NCBI GenBank assembly: GCA_963792365.1
Contig: CAWBVW010000008.1
Location: 132,243-196,242, forward strand
From: an uncultured bacterium
GTDB lineage: Bacteria > Actinomycetota > Acidimicrobiia > Spongiisociales > ZC4RG35
DNA: 64,000 bases
Direction: 5' to 3'
The first letter of the stretch is position 1. Every line of letters begins with the position of its first letter. Both the position numbers and the translations under genes were made by a program. Below, piece by piece: positions 39,550 through 50,149 of the stretch. Below the pieces are notes generated by a model that was given only the letters and a program-made list of their open reading frames with translations, made no database searches and was not told the DNA's origin.

Positions 39550-40035
39550 ATGAGGACGAACGCAATCACCTCACCTGCCACCCGAAAGCGGAGACGGTGG
39601 GAACGGGAGACGACAGTGGCGCTCCTCCTCTGGGGTCTGCTCCACATGGTCGGAGGCGCCTCCTTGATGGCAATGGCCGCCTCCGACCCCTTGTCCGCGT
39701 TGCAGTCGCTGGGCTCCGCAGCCCCGTCGGGCGACTTCCCGATCGATCCGGGTCCGGTCACGCAGGCGCTGATCGGATTTCACGGCCTCAACCTGCTCTT
39801 CGCCGGGCTGGCAGTGACCATTCTCAGCATCGTTTGGTCATGGCGGCACTACCCACGGGGCGTACCGACGAGCCTGCTCATCGCGACCGTGGCCGACCTC
39901 GGCCTCATCGCCTATCTGCTGGTCCCGGGGTGGATGAAGCTCACCGATGGGGTTTGGGGGCCTCCTCTGCTGGCGTTGGCCGCCGCCGGCGCAGCCCTGG
40001 CTCGTCGCAACTCGGTGGCGACGGAGCACATCTGA
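39550..40035 (+). CDS. Membrane protein (hypothetical, 4 TM)
   Basis: 161 aa, hydrophobic helices. Confidence 0.5.
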   Translation: MRTNAITSPATRKRRRWERETTVALLLWGLLHMVGGASLMAMAASDPLSALQSLGSAAPSGDFPIDPGPVTQALIGFHGLNLLFAGLAVTILSIVWSWRHYPRGVPTSLLIATVADLGLIAYLLVPGWMKLTDGVWGPPLLALAAAGAALARRNSVATEHI

Positions 40036-40086
40036 CAAGCCGTACCCCATCCACGAGAAGTGACCGATCGCGAAAGGACATTCAAC

Positions 40087-40842
40087 ATGACGGGATTCGA
40101 CAGCAAGGTCGCCCTGGTCACGGGCGCCGGACAGGGCATCGGACAAGGCATCGCCTACGCCCTCGCCAGGAACGGAGCCGCAGTGGCCGTATCGGGCAGG
40201 ACCGAATCCAAGCTCGAGGCCACCGTCGCCGAGATCGAAACTCGAGGCGGCCGGGCCATCCCGGTGCTCTGTGACGTAACCGAAGCCGACCAGATCAACA
40301 AGGCCGTCGACCACACCGTGTCCGCGTTGGGCAGCCTCGACGTGCTGGTCAACAACGCGCAGGAGTTCAATTTCGGCACCATCCTCGACATCCCCATCGA
40401 CCTGGTCGATGTGGGCTGGCGGTCGGGCCCGCTGGCAACTCTGCTCTTCATGCGGGCCGCCTATCCACATCTCAAGGGCGGCGGAGTGGTGGTCAACGTC
40501 TCGTCTGGTGCAGCGGTGGACACCGGCATCGCCGGGGTCGGCGCCTACAGCGCCGTGAAGAGCGCCATCGAAAGCCTGAGCAGGGCCGCAGCGGTCGAGT
40601 GGGCCGACGATGGCATCAGGGTCAACACCCTGATCCCACTGGCGCTCACCCCCGCCGTGCAGGAGGTGTTCGATGCCAACCCCGGCCTCCACGAGCATCT
40701 CGCTTCCGAAGTCCCGCTCGGGCGGTTCGGTGACGCCGAGGCAGACATCGGCCCGGCCGTCGCCTTCCTGGCGAGCTCGGATGCCGGGTTCATCACCGGC
40801 ACCAGCCTCTCCGTCGATGGCGGGAGCGTGCGGCTCCGCTGA
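40087..40842 (+). CDS. SDR-family oxidoreductase
   Basis: KVALVTGAGQGIGQGIA (Rossmann TGxxxGxG), NNAQ, and a Y-x3-K catalytic pattern. Confidence 0.75.
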   Translation: MTGFDSKVALVTGAGQGIGQGIAYALARNGAAVAVSGRTESKLEATVAEIETRGGRAIPVLCDVTEADQINKAVDHTVSALGSLDVLVNNAQEFNFGTILDIPIDLVDVGWRSGPLATLLFMRAAYPHLKGGGVVVNVSSGAAVDTGIAGVGAYSAVKSAIESLSRAAAVEWADDGIRVNTLIPLALTPAVQEVFDANPGLHEHLASEVPLGRFGDAEADIGPAVAFLASSDAGFITGTSLSVDGGSVRLR

Positions 40843-41093
40843 CGGCCGATCAACCGGCTGGTCGCCGTCGCTCGTGCCCGAACCGGCGACGGTTGGTCGT
40901 CCCCCACAGGGCGGGGAGCTCGATCGGTGCACGGTCAATCCCCGCGTGTCCCCGTACGGTGAGCGGTCGGCGCTGACCCCGACGCTTCTGCGCCGAGATT
41001 CGACGGTCCGACAGTTCGGACGGTCGTCGCCCTCGCCGCATCGGGCGGCGGCATCGCGTAGGGTGCTGTGTGGGTGTGGTGGAAGGAGAGCTG

Positions 41094-41288
41094 ATGTCAT
41101 TCAGCGACGCCTACCGAGCGATTCGATACCGGGCCCACGATCCGCTCCGCTACGTCCATGTTCCACGGCGTGAGCGCCTGGAATCCGACCCGCCCCGCGA
41201 CCCGGATCTCGATGTGTGGGACGACCCCGACGCCGACCTCGAACCTTCATTCACGAGTGCGATCGTTCCGGAAGCGGAGCTGACCTGA
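41094..41288 (+). CDS. Small acidic hypothetical protein, translationally coupled to endolysin-like gene
   Basis: A ggagag RBS precedes the ATG at 41094. TGATG overlap with the next gene. Confidence 0.35.
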   Translation: MSFSDAYRAIRYRAHDPLRYVHVPRRERLESDPPRDPDLDVWDDPDADLEPSFTSAIVPEAELT

Positions 41289-42256
41289 TGGCGTTCACCT
41301 TCGCTCCCTGGGAGGCGGCCACCCGCAACGCTGGGGGGCCCACGCCGGGTGCCAGGGCGCTGATGGCATATCTCCGGAATCGGTGGGCGTACGCCGCGGA
41401 CTGGGGCATCTACGAGCCCCGGACGGTGAGCGGCAGAACAACGCTCAGTCACCACGCCGAGGGAAGGGCGCTGGACATCGGGATCACACCGCTCAGTCCG
41501 AAGGCGGCAGATCTCGTCAAGGGAATGCCGATAGTCGAGGCCATCGGTGCGCATGGCCGCCGACTGGGCATCGACCAGTTGATCTTCAACAAAAGAATCT
41601 GGTCGGCCTCCGCGCCTTCGAGCAAGCAGTTCCCGGGTGCTCACCCGCACTACGACCACATCCACATCGGGCTCACCCGCCAGGCCGGAGCCAACCTGAA
41701 CCCCGCCACGATACAGGCGGTGTTGGGTGGCACCGGAGCGGCCGGGGACCAGTCCGTGACGCTGCCGTCGAAGTCTGCCACCCATCGAGTGTCGGCAACC
41801 AGTCTTCGGGTACGCGCCGAGCCATCTCTTTCGGCGCCCATCACGGCTGGATTGGGCAACGAGACGGCCGTGGAGCAGTTGCCCGACACGCCGAGAGACA
41901 TCGACGGTTATCGCTGGGTTCGAGTCAGGGCACCCAGCGGTGGTCGACTCGTCACCGGGTGGGTGGCGAGCGAATACCTGACACCGATCGGAGATGACGG
42001 GAAGCAGCCGACCGACGACACGTCTGGGATGTCCGAGAACACCCATCGAGTCACGGCGACCAGCCTCCGACTGCGGACCGAACCGTCGACGTCGGCAGAC
42101 ATCACGGTCGAGCTGGTCAACGGGACGGTGGTCGTGCGGCTCGCCGACCCGGCGAGAGAGGGCGACGGCCACCGCTGGGTGAGAGTCAGGACCACCGCTG
42201 ACGGTCGCTCGGTCGAAGGATGGGTGGCCAGCGAGTATCTCGCCCAAGGAGGCTGA
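41288..42256 (+). CDS. M15-family (VanY/LAS-type) zinc peptidase fused to two bacterial SH3 domains (endolysin/autolysin-like)
   Basis: SHHAEGRALDI and DHIHIG (H-x6-D...H-x-H Zn ligands). Two ~70-aa repeats with ...HRVTATSLRxR..GWVASEYL (SH3b). Confidence 0.65.
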   Translation: MAFTFAPWEAATRNAGGPTPGARALMAYLRNRWAYAADWGIYEPRTVSGRTTLSHHAEGRALDIGITPLSPKAADLVKGMPIVEAIGAHGRRLGIDQLIFNKRIWSASAPSSKQFPGAHPHYDHIHIGLTRQAGANLNPATIQAVLGGTGAAGDQSVTLPSKSATHRVSATSLRVRAEPSLSAPITAGLGNETAVEQLPDTPRDIDGYRWVRVRAPSGGRLVTGWVASEYLTPIGDDGKQPTDDTSGMSENTHRVTATSLRLRTEPSTSADITVELVNGTVVVRLADPAREGDGHRWVRVRTTADGRSVEGWVASEYLAQGG

Positions 42257-42423
42257 CGAACCGGCGTCGACGTCCACCGATCTGACTCCGGTGCCGTCTG
42301 CGCCATGCCGAGGGGTGCGCGGTGACCCGGGCATGTTGGTGACCGGACCGTTCCACGGTGGCGCCCAGGTTCCGGCCCGCTGCCGATCCAGAAGGTATGC
42401 ATGTCGACGGTCGCCTGTCGTGC

Positions 42424-43098
42424 TCACTCGACGGGAGAGAGGTCTTTGTCCTCCATCTCCCATGCGTGGTCCATCACGTGGAATGCGCTGTGGCGGATGA
42501 GAAACGGCAGGTTCCACGATCGCATTCGTTTGCCCTCGCCGGCGTTGTATGAACGCATGGTCGCGACATAGGTCGTTCGGAAGTCGCGTAGACCTTCCGG
42601 GGTCAGCGCGCCTTCCTCGGGGATCCGCAAGCCCAACCGTTTGGCGAAGTCCTCGCTCTCGGTTCGGATGGTGTGCCGGATGATGCGGTCGCGGTCGCGG
42701 CCGCCACCACGCGGTCCTCGACGCATCTCCGCCGACACCCGCACCGCCACTTCGTCGAAGAATCCCCAGCACGCACGCAGCAGCGCAATCTTGCGGTCGA
42801 TGTCGGTGTCGTCCATCGGCTCGCCTTCGAGACCACATGGAGAGAAGGAGATGCCCCAGAAGTCGGTCGACCCCGTACCGACGCGGTCTTCGACGACTTC
42901 GAGGGGTCCGGCTGCGTCGAACTCGTCGGCCATACCTGCGGCATCGGCGATGGGTCGGTACCTCTCCCGGTAGGAGCCGAGTGTCTCGAGCGCCATCTCG
43001 GGAGTCTTCGCCCCTCGACTCCAACCGGGCCAGTCGACGGCGAAGGCGACCGCTTTCTTGCCCTTCGGCCCACGCTCGACGACGGTCCGCACTGGCAT
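42424..43098 (-). CDS. Hypothetical protein
   Basis: Start at MPVRTVVERG. The ORF-track extension is Arg-rich and unlikely. Confidence 0.45.
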   Translation of the reverse strand: MPVRTVVERGPKGKKAVAFAVDWPGWSRGAKTPEMALETLGSYRERYRPIADAAGMADEFDAAGPLEVVEDRVGTGSTDFWGISFSPCGLEGEPMDDTDIDRKIALLRACWGFFDEVAVRVSAEMRRGPRGGGRDRDRIIRHTIRTESEDFAKRLGLRIPEEGALTPEGLRDFRTTYVATMRSYNAGEGKRMRSWNLPFLIRHSAFHVMDHAWEMEDKDLSPVE

Positions 43099-43175
43099 GG
43101 CGGGATGGTACCCATCACGGGCTCGGCTCGATCCTGGTTCGACGTCGAAAGAGAGGGGAGCGCTCGCTGCCAGGC

Positions 43176-44096
43176 TCAGTTCGTGAGCGCCTGTCGGACG
43201 TCGTCGGAGGTCAGATCGGCGTTGATGGCGATCGCCGCTGCGGAACCGGCTCCTGCGGACGTGATCACCTGAGCGCGTGGATCCACGACGTTGCCGGCTG
43301 CCCACACGCCGGGAACGCTCGTGCGCCCCCCTTCGTCCACGGTCACGAACCCGAGGTCGTCGACGTGGCATCCAAGGGCCGCGATCAGATCAGCTCCGGA
43401 TGGCCGGTTGACGGTCCGGACGAACACTGCGTCGCGGGGGACCACACGCCCGTCTTCCATTTCCACGCCCACCAGCCGGTCGTTCTCGACGACGAGCCGT
43501 GCAACGGGCCCCTCCACGATCGTGATTCCACGCGCTCGCATCGCGGAGCGATCCGAGCCGTCCACGTTCAGGACGTGGGGAAACAAGATCACGTCGTCGG
43601 ACCATTGCCGAACCAGTTGTGCATGCGCCGTCGCTGCCGGATGAGTCCCCAACACGCCGATCGGTCGATCGCGTACCTCCCATCCGTGGCAATACGGGCA
43701 GTGGAGCAGATCCCGACCCCATCGCTCGGCGACGCCCGGCAGGTCGGGCAACATATCGATTGCGCCGGTCGCCAGGAGGATCCGACGGGCCTGGAGGAAA
43801 TCGCCTCGATCGAGCCGAACCTCGAACCCGGGCTCCACACCTTCGACCGTGTCGTCGATCAGGGCGACACCGTATCGGGCGATCTCGGATCTTCCGGTTC
43901 GGAGCAGCTCGGCGGGTGGCATGCCGTCACGTGATAGGACTCCTTGCATGTGTGCCGCAGGTGCGTTGCGTGGAGATCCGGCATCCACCACGGCCACTCG
44001 ACGGCGGGCACGTCCGAGGACGAGCGCCGCGCTCAGGCCGGCTGCACCACCGCCGACGACAACCACGTCGTATGCCGATGCCCGGACGTCAGGCAT
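43176..44096 (-). CDS. FAD/NAD(P)-dependent oxidoreductase (thioredoxin-reductase-like)
   Basis: YDVVVVGGGAAGLSAAL (GxGxxG), CPYCHGWE redox motif. Confidence 0.7.
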   Translation of the reverse strand: MPDVRASAYDVVVVGGGAAGLSAALVLGRARRRVAVVDAGSPRNAPAAHMQGVLSRDGMPPAELLRTGRSEIARYGVALIDDTVEGVEPGFEVRLDRGDFLQARRILLATGAIDMLPDLPGVAERWGRDLLHCPYCHGWEVRDRPIGVLGTHPAATAHAQLVRQWSDDVILFPHVLNVDGSDRSAMRARGITIVEGPVARLVVENDRLVGVEMEDGRVVPRDAVFVRTVNRPSGADLIAALGCHVDDLGFVTVDEGGRTSVPGVWAAGNVVDPRAQVITSAGAGSAAAIAINADLTSDDVRQALTN

Positions 44097-44769
44097 GGGC
44101 TGCCTCCCCGGTCGAGTCCTGGAGCTGCGCGCCCGACGAGGTACCCGCTTGCGTGTCGGCCCACAGGGCGAACCCCATCCAGGCGAGCCCGAGACCGATG
44201 GGAGCTGCTCCCATCCGGTGAAGGTCGAAGGGGAGCAGCGCGGTCACGATGGCGCTGACCGGCAGGCCAAATCCGAACAGCGCTGCTGCAGCGCCAGGAA
44301 GGATCCTCGCCTTCAACGTGGCCGTCCCGAACACGAGACAGCCCCCGAGGAACAACACGCCAGATGCCGACCACAGCACCGGGATGACGCCCAGGGACAG
44401 CGAGGTGGGCGTTCCGGCCACGACGGCCAGCAGCGCCTCGACGAACTCGGGATCGGTGTCGACGAGCACCGGCGAGATGAAGGCCTCGACGAACACGAAC
44501 GCGGCCGTCAGAAGCAGGCCCAGGCCGAGCGCACCGAGTCCGACACGCCCGAGCAACCCGGCCTCGTGCCTCTGGCGGGATTGGATCCCGACGACGCCGA
44601 TCCCGAAGAGCATCGTCATCACGAGCGTGGCGACATGGACCGCCGCCCAGGTGTCGGTCGACACCGAAGCGAGGGTTTCGGGTGGATGGATCGGCTGGAT
44701 GCCGATGAACAGGAGTCCGGCGAGAATCGCTGCGAGTGCCGCCGGTCGATGGAATCTGAACTGGTTCAT
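44089..44769 (-). CDS. Membrane protein (hypothetical, ~6 TM)
   Basis: 226 aa, hydrophobic. Confidence 0.5.
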   Translation of the reverse strand: MNQFRFHRPAALAAILAGLLFIGIQPIHPPETLASVSTDTWAAVHVATLVMTMLFGIGVVGIQSRQRHEAGLLGRVGLGALGLGLLLTAAFVFVEAFISPVLVDTDPEFVEALLAVVAGTPTSLSLGVIPVLWSASGVLFLGGCLVFGTATLKARILPGAAAALFGFGLPVSAIVTALLPFDLHRMGAAPIGLGLAWMGFALWADTQAGTSSGAQLQDSTGEAAHA

Positions 44770-44773
44770 CTCA

Positions 44774-45298
44774 TCACCTCTCGATGGTCGAGCCGGAGTG
44801 CGTGTTCTTGCCCCGGTCCTCTGCTGAAACCGGCTCGAGGACGACGATCGCGGTCTCTCTGGACCTCATGGCTGACAGTGCGTCGAGGTTGTCACCCCAT
44901 CCGGGGTACTGGTCGAACAGGTCCCAGAGTCGATCCCGCTCGGGGCCCATTGCGGAACGAGCTCGAACGTGGCGCGTTCCATCCTTCATGGCAACCGTGG
45001 CGTCGGGATGTGCCTGGAGGTTCAGCCACCACGCCGGGTCGTCTTCGGCCCAGCCGTTCATGGCGAGCGTGACGAGGTTGGAGCCGTCCTCGAAGTACCC
45101 GACGATCACGCTGCGCTTGGACCCCGAGCGCCGGCCGATGGTTTCGAGCTGCATCATGCCGAAGCGCTTTCCGATCTTCGGGCGGGGGAGGCCGAGGCGG
45201 CCTCCGCTCAGGCGGACCATCGTGCGATGCAGGGCCCAGGCGGCACGGACGAACAGTCGAGGAGGCATTGTCGTCTGCGGATGATCCGAGGTCGCCAT
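44774..45298 (-). CDS. Deazaflavin (F420)-dependent nitroreductase family protein (DUF385)
   Basis: Start at the ATG at 45298, overlapping the upstream stop (ATGA). LETIGRRSGSKRSVIVGYFEDG. Confidence 0.6.
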   Translation of the reverse strand: MATSDHPQTTMPPRLFVRAAWALHRTMVRLSGGRLGLPRPKIGKRFGMMQLETIGRRSGSKRSVIVGYFEDGSNLVTLAMNGWAEDDPAWWLNLQAHPDATVAMKDGTRHVRARSAMGPERDRLWDLFDQYPGWGDNLDALSAMRSRETAIVVLEPVSAEDRGKNTHSGSTIER

Positions 45299-46071
45299 CA
45301 AGCACCTACCCCGGCCATCGGACCGTCCACGGAAACCGGAGCCGGTGCCGGGACCGCCAACAGCGGTGATGTGGATCGGAACCCTTTGAACGTCATCCAC
45401 AGCCCCAGCGACAGCTCCCAGAAGAAGATCGGGGCGGTGGCGACCGTCGACCACAGGGAAACCGTTTGGTTCACACCGAACATCGTTCCGATCGTGGACG
45501 AGATCAACAACGGTGCGCCGATCAGTCCCATCATCGGGATCACCCGTGGGACGAGCTTCGAGCGGTACATCAGCGTGCCCAACAGCAGGGCATTGAAGGC
45601 CGGCATGAGTCCAGGTCCGAGCACGAAGGTCCAGTCCCGGGTCGCCACCAGAGCTTGTCCGGTTGCGACCAAGGCAGCGGCTTCAACTCCTGTCACTCCG
45701 TCCTGCCGCTGGGTCACCACGGCGAGCAGGCTGACGACGCCGATGGCGATGACGGCCGCTTCCATCATCCGGGTCGTCACGAAGCCGAGCGCAAGGCCTT
45801 CGTGTTGGCGCTTGACCACCGAGAACAATGCGACGGCGGTACCGATACAGGCAAGGGCATTGACGAGGTCGAGAAGCGCTCCCCATAGGACCTGCGTGTC
45901 GGCCCCGGCGCCGATGATGTAGTTCGGGTCGCTCAGCACCGGTGCGAGCAGGAAGACCGCCGGGATCGAACTGACGAACGTGACCAGATACAGGACACCG
46001 GCCACGAGGGCGGCTTTTCGGGTCGGGTCGGTCGATCGCTCTGGGGTCGGGGGACGAGAGTGGGTTTGCAT
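45298..46071 (-). CDS. DUF4386-like membrane protein
   Basis: 257 aa, 6-7 TM. Confidence 0.5.
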   Translation of the reverse strand: MQTHSRPPTPERSTDPTRKAALVAGVLYLVTFVSSIPAVFLLAPVLSDPNYIIGAGADTQVLWGALLDLVNALACIGTAVALFSVVKRQHEGLALGFVTTRMMEAAVIAIGVVSLLAVVTQRQDGVTGVEAAALVATGQALVATRDWTFVLGPGLMPAFNALLLGTLMYRSKLVPRVIPMMGLIGAPLLISSTIGTMFGVNQTVSLWSTVATAPIFFWELSLGLWMTFKGFRSTSPLLAVPAPAPVSVDGPMAGVGA

Positions 46072-46098
46072 GTTGACTCCTTTTGATGTCGGGTCGGT

Positions 46099-46368
46099 CT
46101 AGCGACGGTCGGTACAGACAACGGCGGGATCGTCGATTCGGATCACCGAGAGCAGTGGCATTCCGAGGTCTCGCACCCGCTGGAGCACCCCGTGGAGTGC
46201 GGCCTGGTCGGCGAAACGGCAGGCCACGAGGGTGGTGCCGTCACCGTTCTCGGTCACCGTCAGGCCGTCGAACCACCGTGTCCAGTGAGAGTCGATCTCC
46301 CCGCAGACCTGGATCTCGTAGTGCCCGGGTGCGGAGTGAATGCGTGCGATCGGGACTGAGCCAGCCAT
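46099..46368 (-). CDS. Small hypothetical protein
   Basis: 89 aa, balanced composition. Confidence 0.35.
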   Translation of the reverse strand: MAGSVPIARIHSAPGHYEIQVCGEIDSHWTRWFDGLTVTENGDGTTLVACRFADQAALHGVLQRVRDLGMPLLSVIRIDDPAVVCTDRR

Positions 46369-46498
46369 TCCTCTCCTCGTGCGTCGGCTCGTGGCGATGG
46401 CCTTCTCAGGTCATGGCCGGTGTACTGAGCGAACGTACGAGCTGATGTGGTGAGAGCGCATCACCACATGTGGTGATTCCGGTGGTGATGCGAGTCGG

Positions 46499-49237
46499 CT
46501 ATCGCTCCAGACGAGAGCGAGCGAGCAGATCGAGTTCGGCAGCTCGGCGAACAGCCTCACGACGGGTGCCGACACCGAGCTTGGTGTAGATGCTCTTCGT
46601 GTGAGTCCTCAGCGTGTTGAGGGACACGAACAGCTCGCGGGCGATGTCCGGACCCGCAAGATCGCCGGCGAGGAGCCGGAGGACCTGGAGCTCGCGGTCG
46701 GTGAGCGGGTCCACTATTCCGCGCTGGGCGGTGGACCTGGGCTCGTTCGCCCCGAATGCCCCGAGGAGTCGATGGACATAGCCCGTGGCATCCCGGCTGT
46801 GCCTCGCCTGGCGCAGCAGGGACGCCAGGGCATCACCCTCTTCCACGAACACCCGGACGTAGCCCTCGGGTTCGGCCAGGTGGAGTGCGGCTTCGAGACC
46901 TTCGAGAGCATCGGTTCGATCTCCGGCGGCGTCGTGCGCAAGGGCCTTGATGATCAGCATTTCGATGGTGTTGCCCGTTCTCCCGCCCATCTCGGCGGCC
47001 TCGACCAACCGATTGACGAATTCGATCACCTCGTGCCTGGTTCGATCGCCGTGTTCGCCATGACTCTTGGCGAGGAGGACCCGGGCGAGAGTGACATGTT
47101 CGTACTCACGCAGGTATGACAGATCGTCGCGCATGGACACGCCGCTGTCTTCGGCCCACCGGAGCGCATCCGACAGCCGGCCCGCGCGAGCCACCACCCT
47201 GGCCCTGATTGCGGGCACGGGGCGGACGTTTGGGAAAAAGTCGCCGAAGTAGACGCGTTCGGCTTCGTTCAGTAGTTCCAGGGCGCCGTCGAGGTCTCCC
47301 TCAGCCCGCCGAACAGAGGCCGCCGCCACACGCGATCGATAGTGGTTCTGGGGTAGGCCCATTGTGATCCCGAGCTGGTCCGCCATCGCAAGATGCGCCC
47401 GTGCACCCTCCAGATCGTTGCGCTGGCAGAGGACCTCGCACATGCCCACGTGCATGTCGGCCGCTCCGCGATGGACCGACCCGTCGTCATGCGTGGCGAG
47501 GCCCAGGCCGCGTTCGTAGATGCCCAGCGCCTCACTCAGGCGGCCCTGGGTGAGGCGGATGTCGGCGCGCGAGATGGTGCATCCGAGCACGTCCGCGCGA
47601 TGTCCTGCTTGCTCGAGGCTGTCCGCTGCGTCGGTCCATGACCGGAATGCGGCGTTCAAGTCGCCTTCAGACCAGTAGCCGAGCGCCAGGATGCCGGCCG
47701 CCCCACCCCGCAGCAGGTGATCACGCTCTCCGGCGAGCTCGAACGCCCGCATGGCGTGAGACTTGGACGCGGCCATGTCATCGAGCACACGAGCTTGCGC
47801 GGCCCGGTAGAGAGCGACCGCACTCGGAAGACGTCCGTACTCTTCCTCGTTCGCCACCACCATTGCGCTCGATCGCTCGTGTGGCCCATCGGGCTCCTCC
47901 AACCAGGCTTCCGCGTACCGGAGGAGCGGTTCGACGAGTTCGAACCGGCCACCGGCCATGAGCGCACCCACGTAGCCCACGCTCAGCACCGGCCTCGCCG
48001 GGTACATCTCGCGGGGAAGCGACTCGAACCACCGTATCAGCGTCGCCTCTTGCCGATCCCGGCGGAGGGACGGCGCGGCCCACTCCACCAGATCTGCCGC
48101 CCGCTCGAAGTCCTCCCCGGCGATGGCGTGTCGAATCGCCTCGGATGGGTCCCCGTTGCTCTCGAACCATTCGCTGGCCCGACGGTGGAGGTCTGCCACC
48201 TGGCCCGCATGCCCGTCCAGGAGTCGCGCTTGGAGAACGTCCGCAAACAGATGGTGGTAGCGATACCAGCGCCGGTGGTTGTCGAGCGGGACGACGAGCA
48301 GGTTCGAGCGCTCGAGGGTCTCCAGCATCGCCCGGCCGTCGGTGTCACCGGTCACGGCGTCGCACAAGGCTCCCGTGAGGCGCGCCAGGATCGATGTCTG
48401 CGTGAGGAAGCGGCTCACATGCTCGGGCTGGCGTTGAAGCACCTCTTCCACGAGGTAGTCGACGATGTACCTGTCGCTGCCTGCGAACCCGGCGATGAAC
48501 GCAGGAACGTCGTTTCGTCCCTGCAGCGACAACGCCGCAAGCTGGAGTGCGACCGCCCATCCTTCGGTGCGTTCCTCCAGAGCAAATACCTGAGCGTCGG
48601 TCAGTTTGAGGCCCATGGTCGTGTTCAGGTACGAAATGGCCTCGCGGTCGGTGAACCGCAGATCGGCTGCTCGGATCTCGCTCAACCGGCCCTGCGCCCG
48701 CAGACGGGCCAGCGGCAGTGCGGGGTCTGCACGCGTCGAGACGACCAGGTACAGGCGCTCGGGGAGATGCTCGACGAGGAACTCCATTCCTTCCTGGATG
48801 TCGGGAGCGTCGATCAGGTGGTAGTCGTCCAGCACGAGGGTGAGGTCGTGGCCGGCCCGGTCGATGTCGTTGACGAGGGAAGTGAGAGCCAGGTCCAGAG
48901 GTTGACGTTCCTCTAGGAGGCGGAGGGCGTCGTCACCGACTGATGGCGCTACGAGCCGCAGCGCAGCGACGACGTACGTCCAGAACCGCGTGAGCTCGTT
49001 GTCGGACCGTTCCAGGGCGAGCCACGCAGACGACCCGGTTTGGGGTGCCGACCCGATCCAGTCGGCCAGGAGGGTCGACTTCCCGGATCCTGCCGGGGCG
49101 GATATCAGCGTCAATCTGGGACCAGTTCCGCGCCCGAGCATGTCGGTGAGTCTCGAGCGAGCCATGGCTCCGGCCCGGGGTCGGGGAGGGTGGATCTTGG
49201 ACTCGAGCAGCAGGCTTCCGACCACTTCTCGGGTCAC
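46499..49237 (-). CDS. LuxR-family transcriptional regulator with AAA ATPase and TPR region (MalT-like)
   Basis: 912 aa. N-terminal P-loop (ISAPAGSGKSTLL). C-terminal LuxR HTH (LTDRELQVLRLLAGDLAGPDIARELFVSLNTLRTHTKSIYTKLGV). Confidence 0.8.
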   Translation of the reverse strand: MTREVVGSLLLESKIHPPRPRAGAMARSRLTDMLGRGTGPRLTLISAPAGSGKSTLLADWIGSAPQTGSSAWLALERSDNELTRFWTYVVAALRLVAPSVGDDALRLLEERQPLDLALTSLVNDIDRAGHDLTLVLDDYHLIDAPDIQEGMEFLVEHLPERLYLVVSTRADPALPLARLRAQGRLSEIRAADLRFTDREAISYLNTTMGLKLTDAQVFALEERTEGWAVALQLAALSLQGRNDVPAFIAGFAGSDRYIVDYLVEEVLQRQPEHVSRFLTQTSILARLTGALCDAVTGDTDGRAMLETLERSNLLVVPLDNHRRWYRYHHLFADVLQARLLDGHAGQVADLHRRASEWFESNGDPSEAIRHAIAGEDFERAADLVEWAAPSLRRDRQEATLIRWFESLPREMYPARPVLSVGYVGALMAGGRFELVEPLLRYAEAWLEEPDGPHERSSAMVVANEEEYGRLPSAVALYRAAQARVLDDMAASKSHAMRAFELAGERDHLLRGGAAGILALGYWSEGDLNAAFRSWTDAADSLEQAGHRADVLGCTISRADIRLTQGRLSEALGIYERGLGLATHDDGSVHRGAADMHVGMCEVLCQRNDLEGARAHLAMADQLGITMGLPQNHYRSRVAAASVRRAEGDLDGALELLNEAERVYFGDFFPNVRPVPAIRARVVARAGRLSDALRWAEDSGVSMRDDLSYLREYEHVTLARVLLAKSHGEHGDRTRHEVIEFVNRLVEAAEMGGRTGNTIEMLIIKALAHDAAGDRTDALEGLEAALHLAEPEGYVRVFVEEGDALASLLRQARHSRDATGYVHRLLGAFGANEPRSTAQRGIVDPLTDRELQVLRLLAGDLAGPDIARELFVSLNTLRTHTKSIYTKLGVGTRREAVRRAAELDLLARSRLER

Positions 49238-49632
49238 CAGCGAACCGTCGTCGTGGCTCGCGCGACTTCAGCCTCTGTGAGATCGCAGGTGAATGTTGCT
49301 CCCGGCACGGTTGAAGCGAGAGCCGATGTTTGGATGTCTGCGACAGTCGCCACGCGTCGTTCCATGTCTCCCATGGCCGTCCTGGATACGGCTGTGGCCG
49401 ACCGACTCGACCACGAATCGAGTGTATCTCCGGTGGTCGGGCGGAGACTGGGCCGGAAGCCTGGATTCGCAGCCATGGCCGAGTGTCTGGCTATGCCGCG
49501 AGGTCAAAGGGGCCGACGTCCCGGAGGGCGTGGTCCACCCCATGTTCCAGGACCCCCCGACCGGCAGCTCCGTCGCGGCCAGGGCGTACCGTACGCCAAC
49601 AGTGTGCCTCGTCGGCACATAGCCTTTCGGCG

Positions 49633-50106
49633 ATGGCTACATGGAAACTGATCGAGGAGGCGGAGCCCGAGTTCGCCGCACGCGTGCGGCGCTTGTTCGA
49701 CGCCGGACGGCACAAGACCATCGCCACCCTCCGGGCCGACGGGTCGCCACGGATCTCCGGGATCGAGTGTGAGTTCGTCGACGGCGAGCTTCGATTCGGA
49801 TCGATGGTCGGGGCCCGCAAGGCGGCCGACCTCGCACGTGATCCCCGCTTCGCCATCCACGGCCCGACCTTCCACCCCGAGGCGGGCAACGAAGCCGAGT
49901 GGCCGGGCGAGGCGAAGATCGCCGGTCGGGCGATCCTCGGGAGGCCCAACACCCGTGCCGCCGACGGGGAACCCGCACCCGAAGGAGAGCTGTACGTCGC
50001 CGACATCGATGAAGTCGTCGTCACCGGGCTCAACGATGACGTCACCCGGCTGGTGATCGAATCGTGGACACCGGATGGAGGCCTTCGCCGCGTCGAACGT
50101 GTCTAG
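49633..50106 (+). CDS. Pyridoxamine 5'-phosphate oxidase family (F420/FMN-binding split-barrel) protein
   Basis: In-frame ATG at 49633: MATWKLIEEAEPEFAARVRRLFDAGRHKTIATLRADGSPR. Confidence 0.6.
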   Translation: MATWKLIEEAEPEFAARVRRLFDAGRHKTIATLRADGSPRISGIECEFVDGELRFGSMVGARKAADLARDPRFAIHGPTFHPEAGNEAEWPGEAKIAGRAILGRPNTRAADGEPAPEGELYVADIDEVVVTGLNDDVTRLVIESWTPDGGLRRVERV

Positions 50107-50149
50107 GCGCCGTCGCCTGGTCGACACCATTCGTACGGGATTCCGGCCC

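Noticed and set aside
39838-41100. 420-aa antisense ORF over the SDR gene
   Set aside because: Same artefact.
41150-43024. 624-aa antisense ORF spanning the M15 peptidase region
   Set aside because: Arg-rich shadow ORF. The sense-strand genes have clear motifs.
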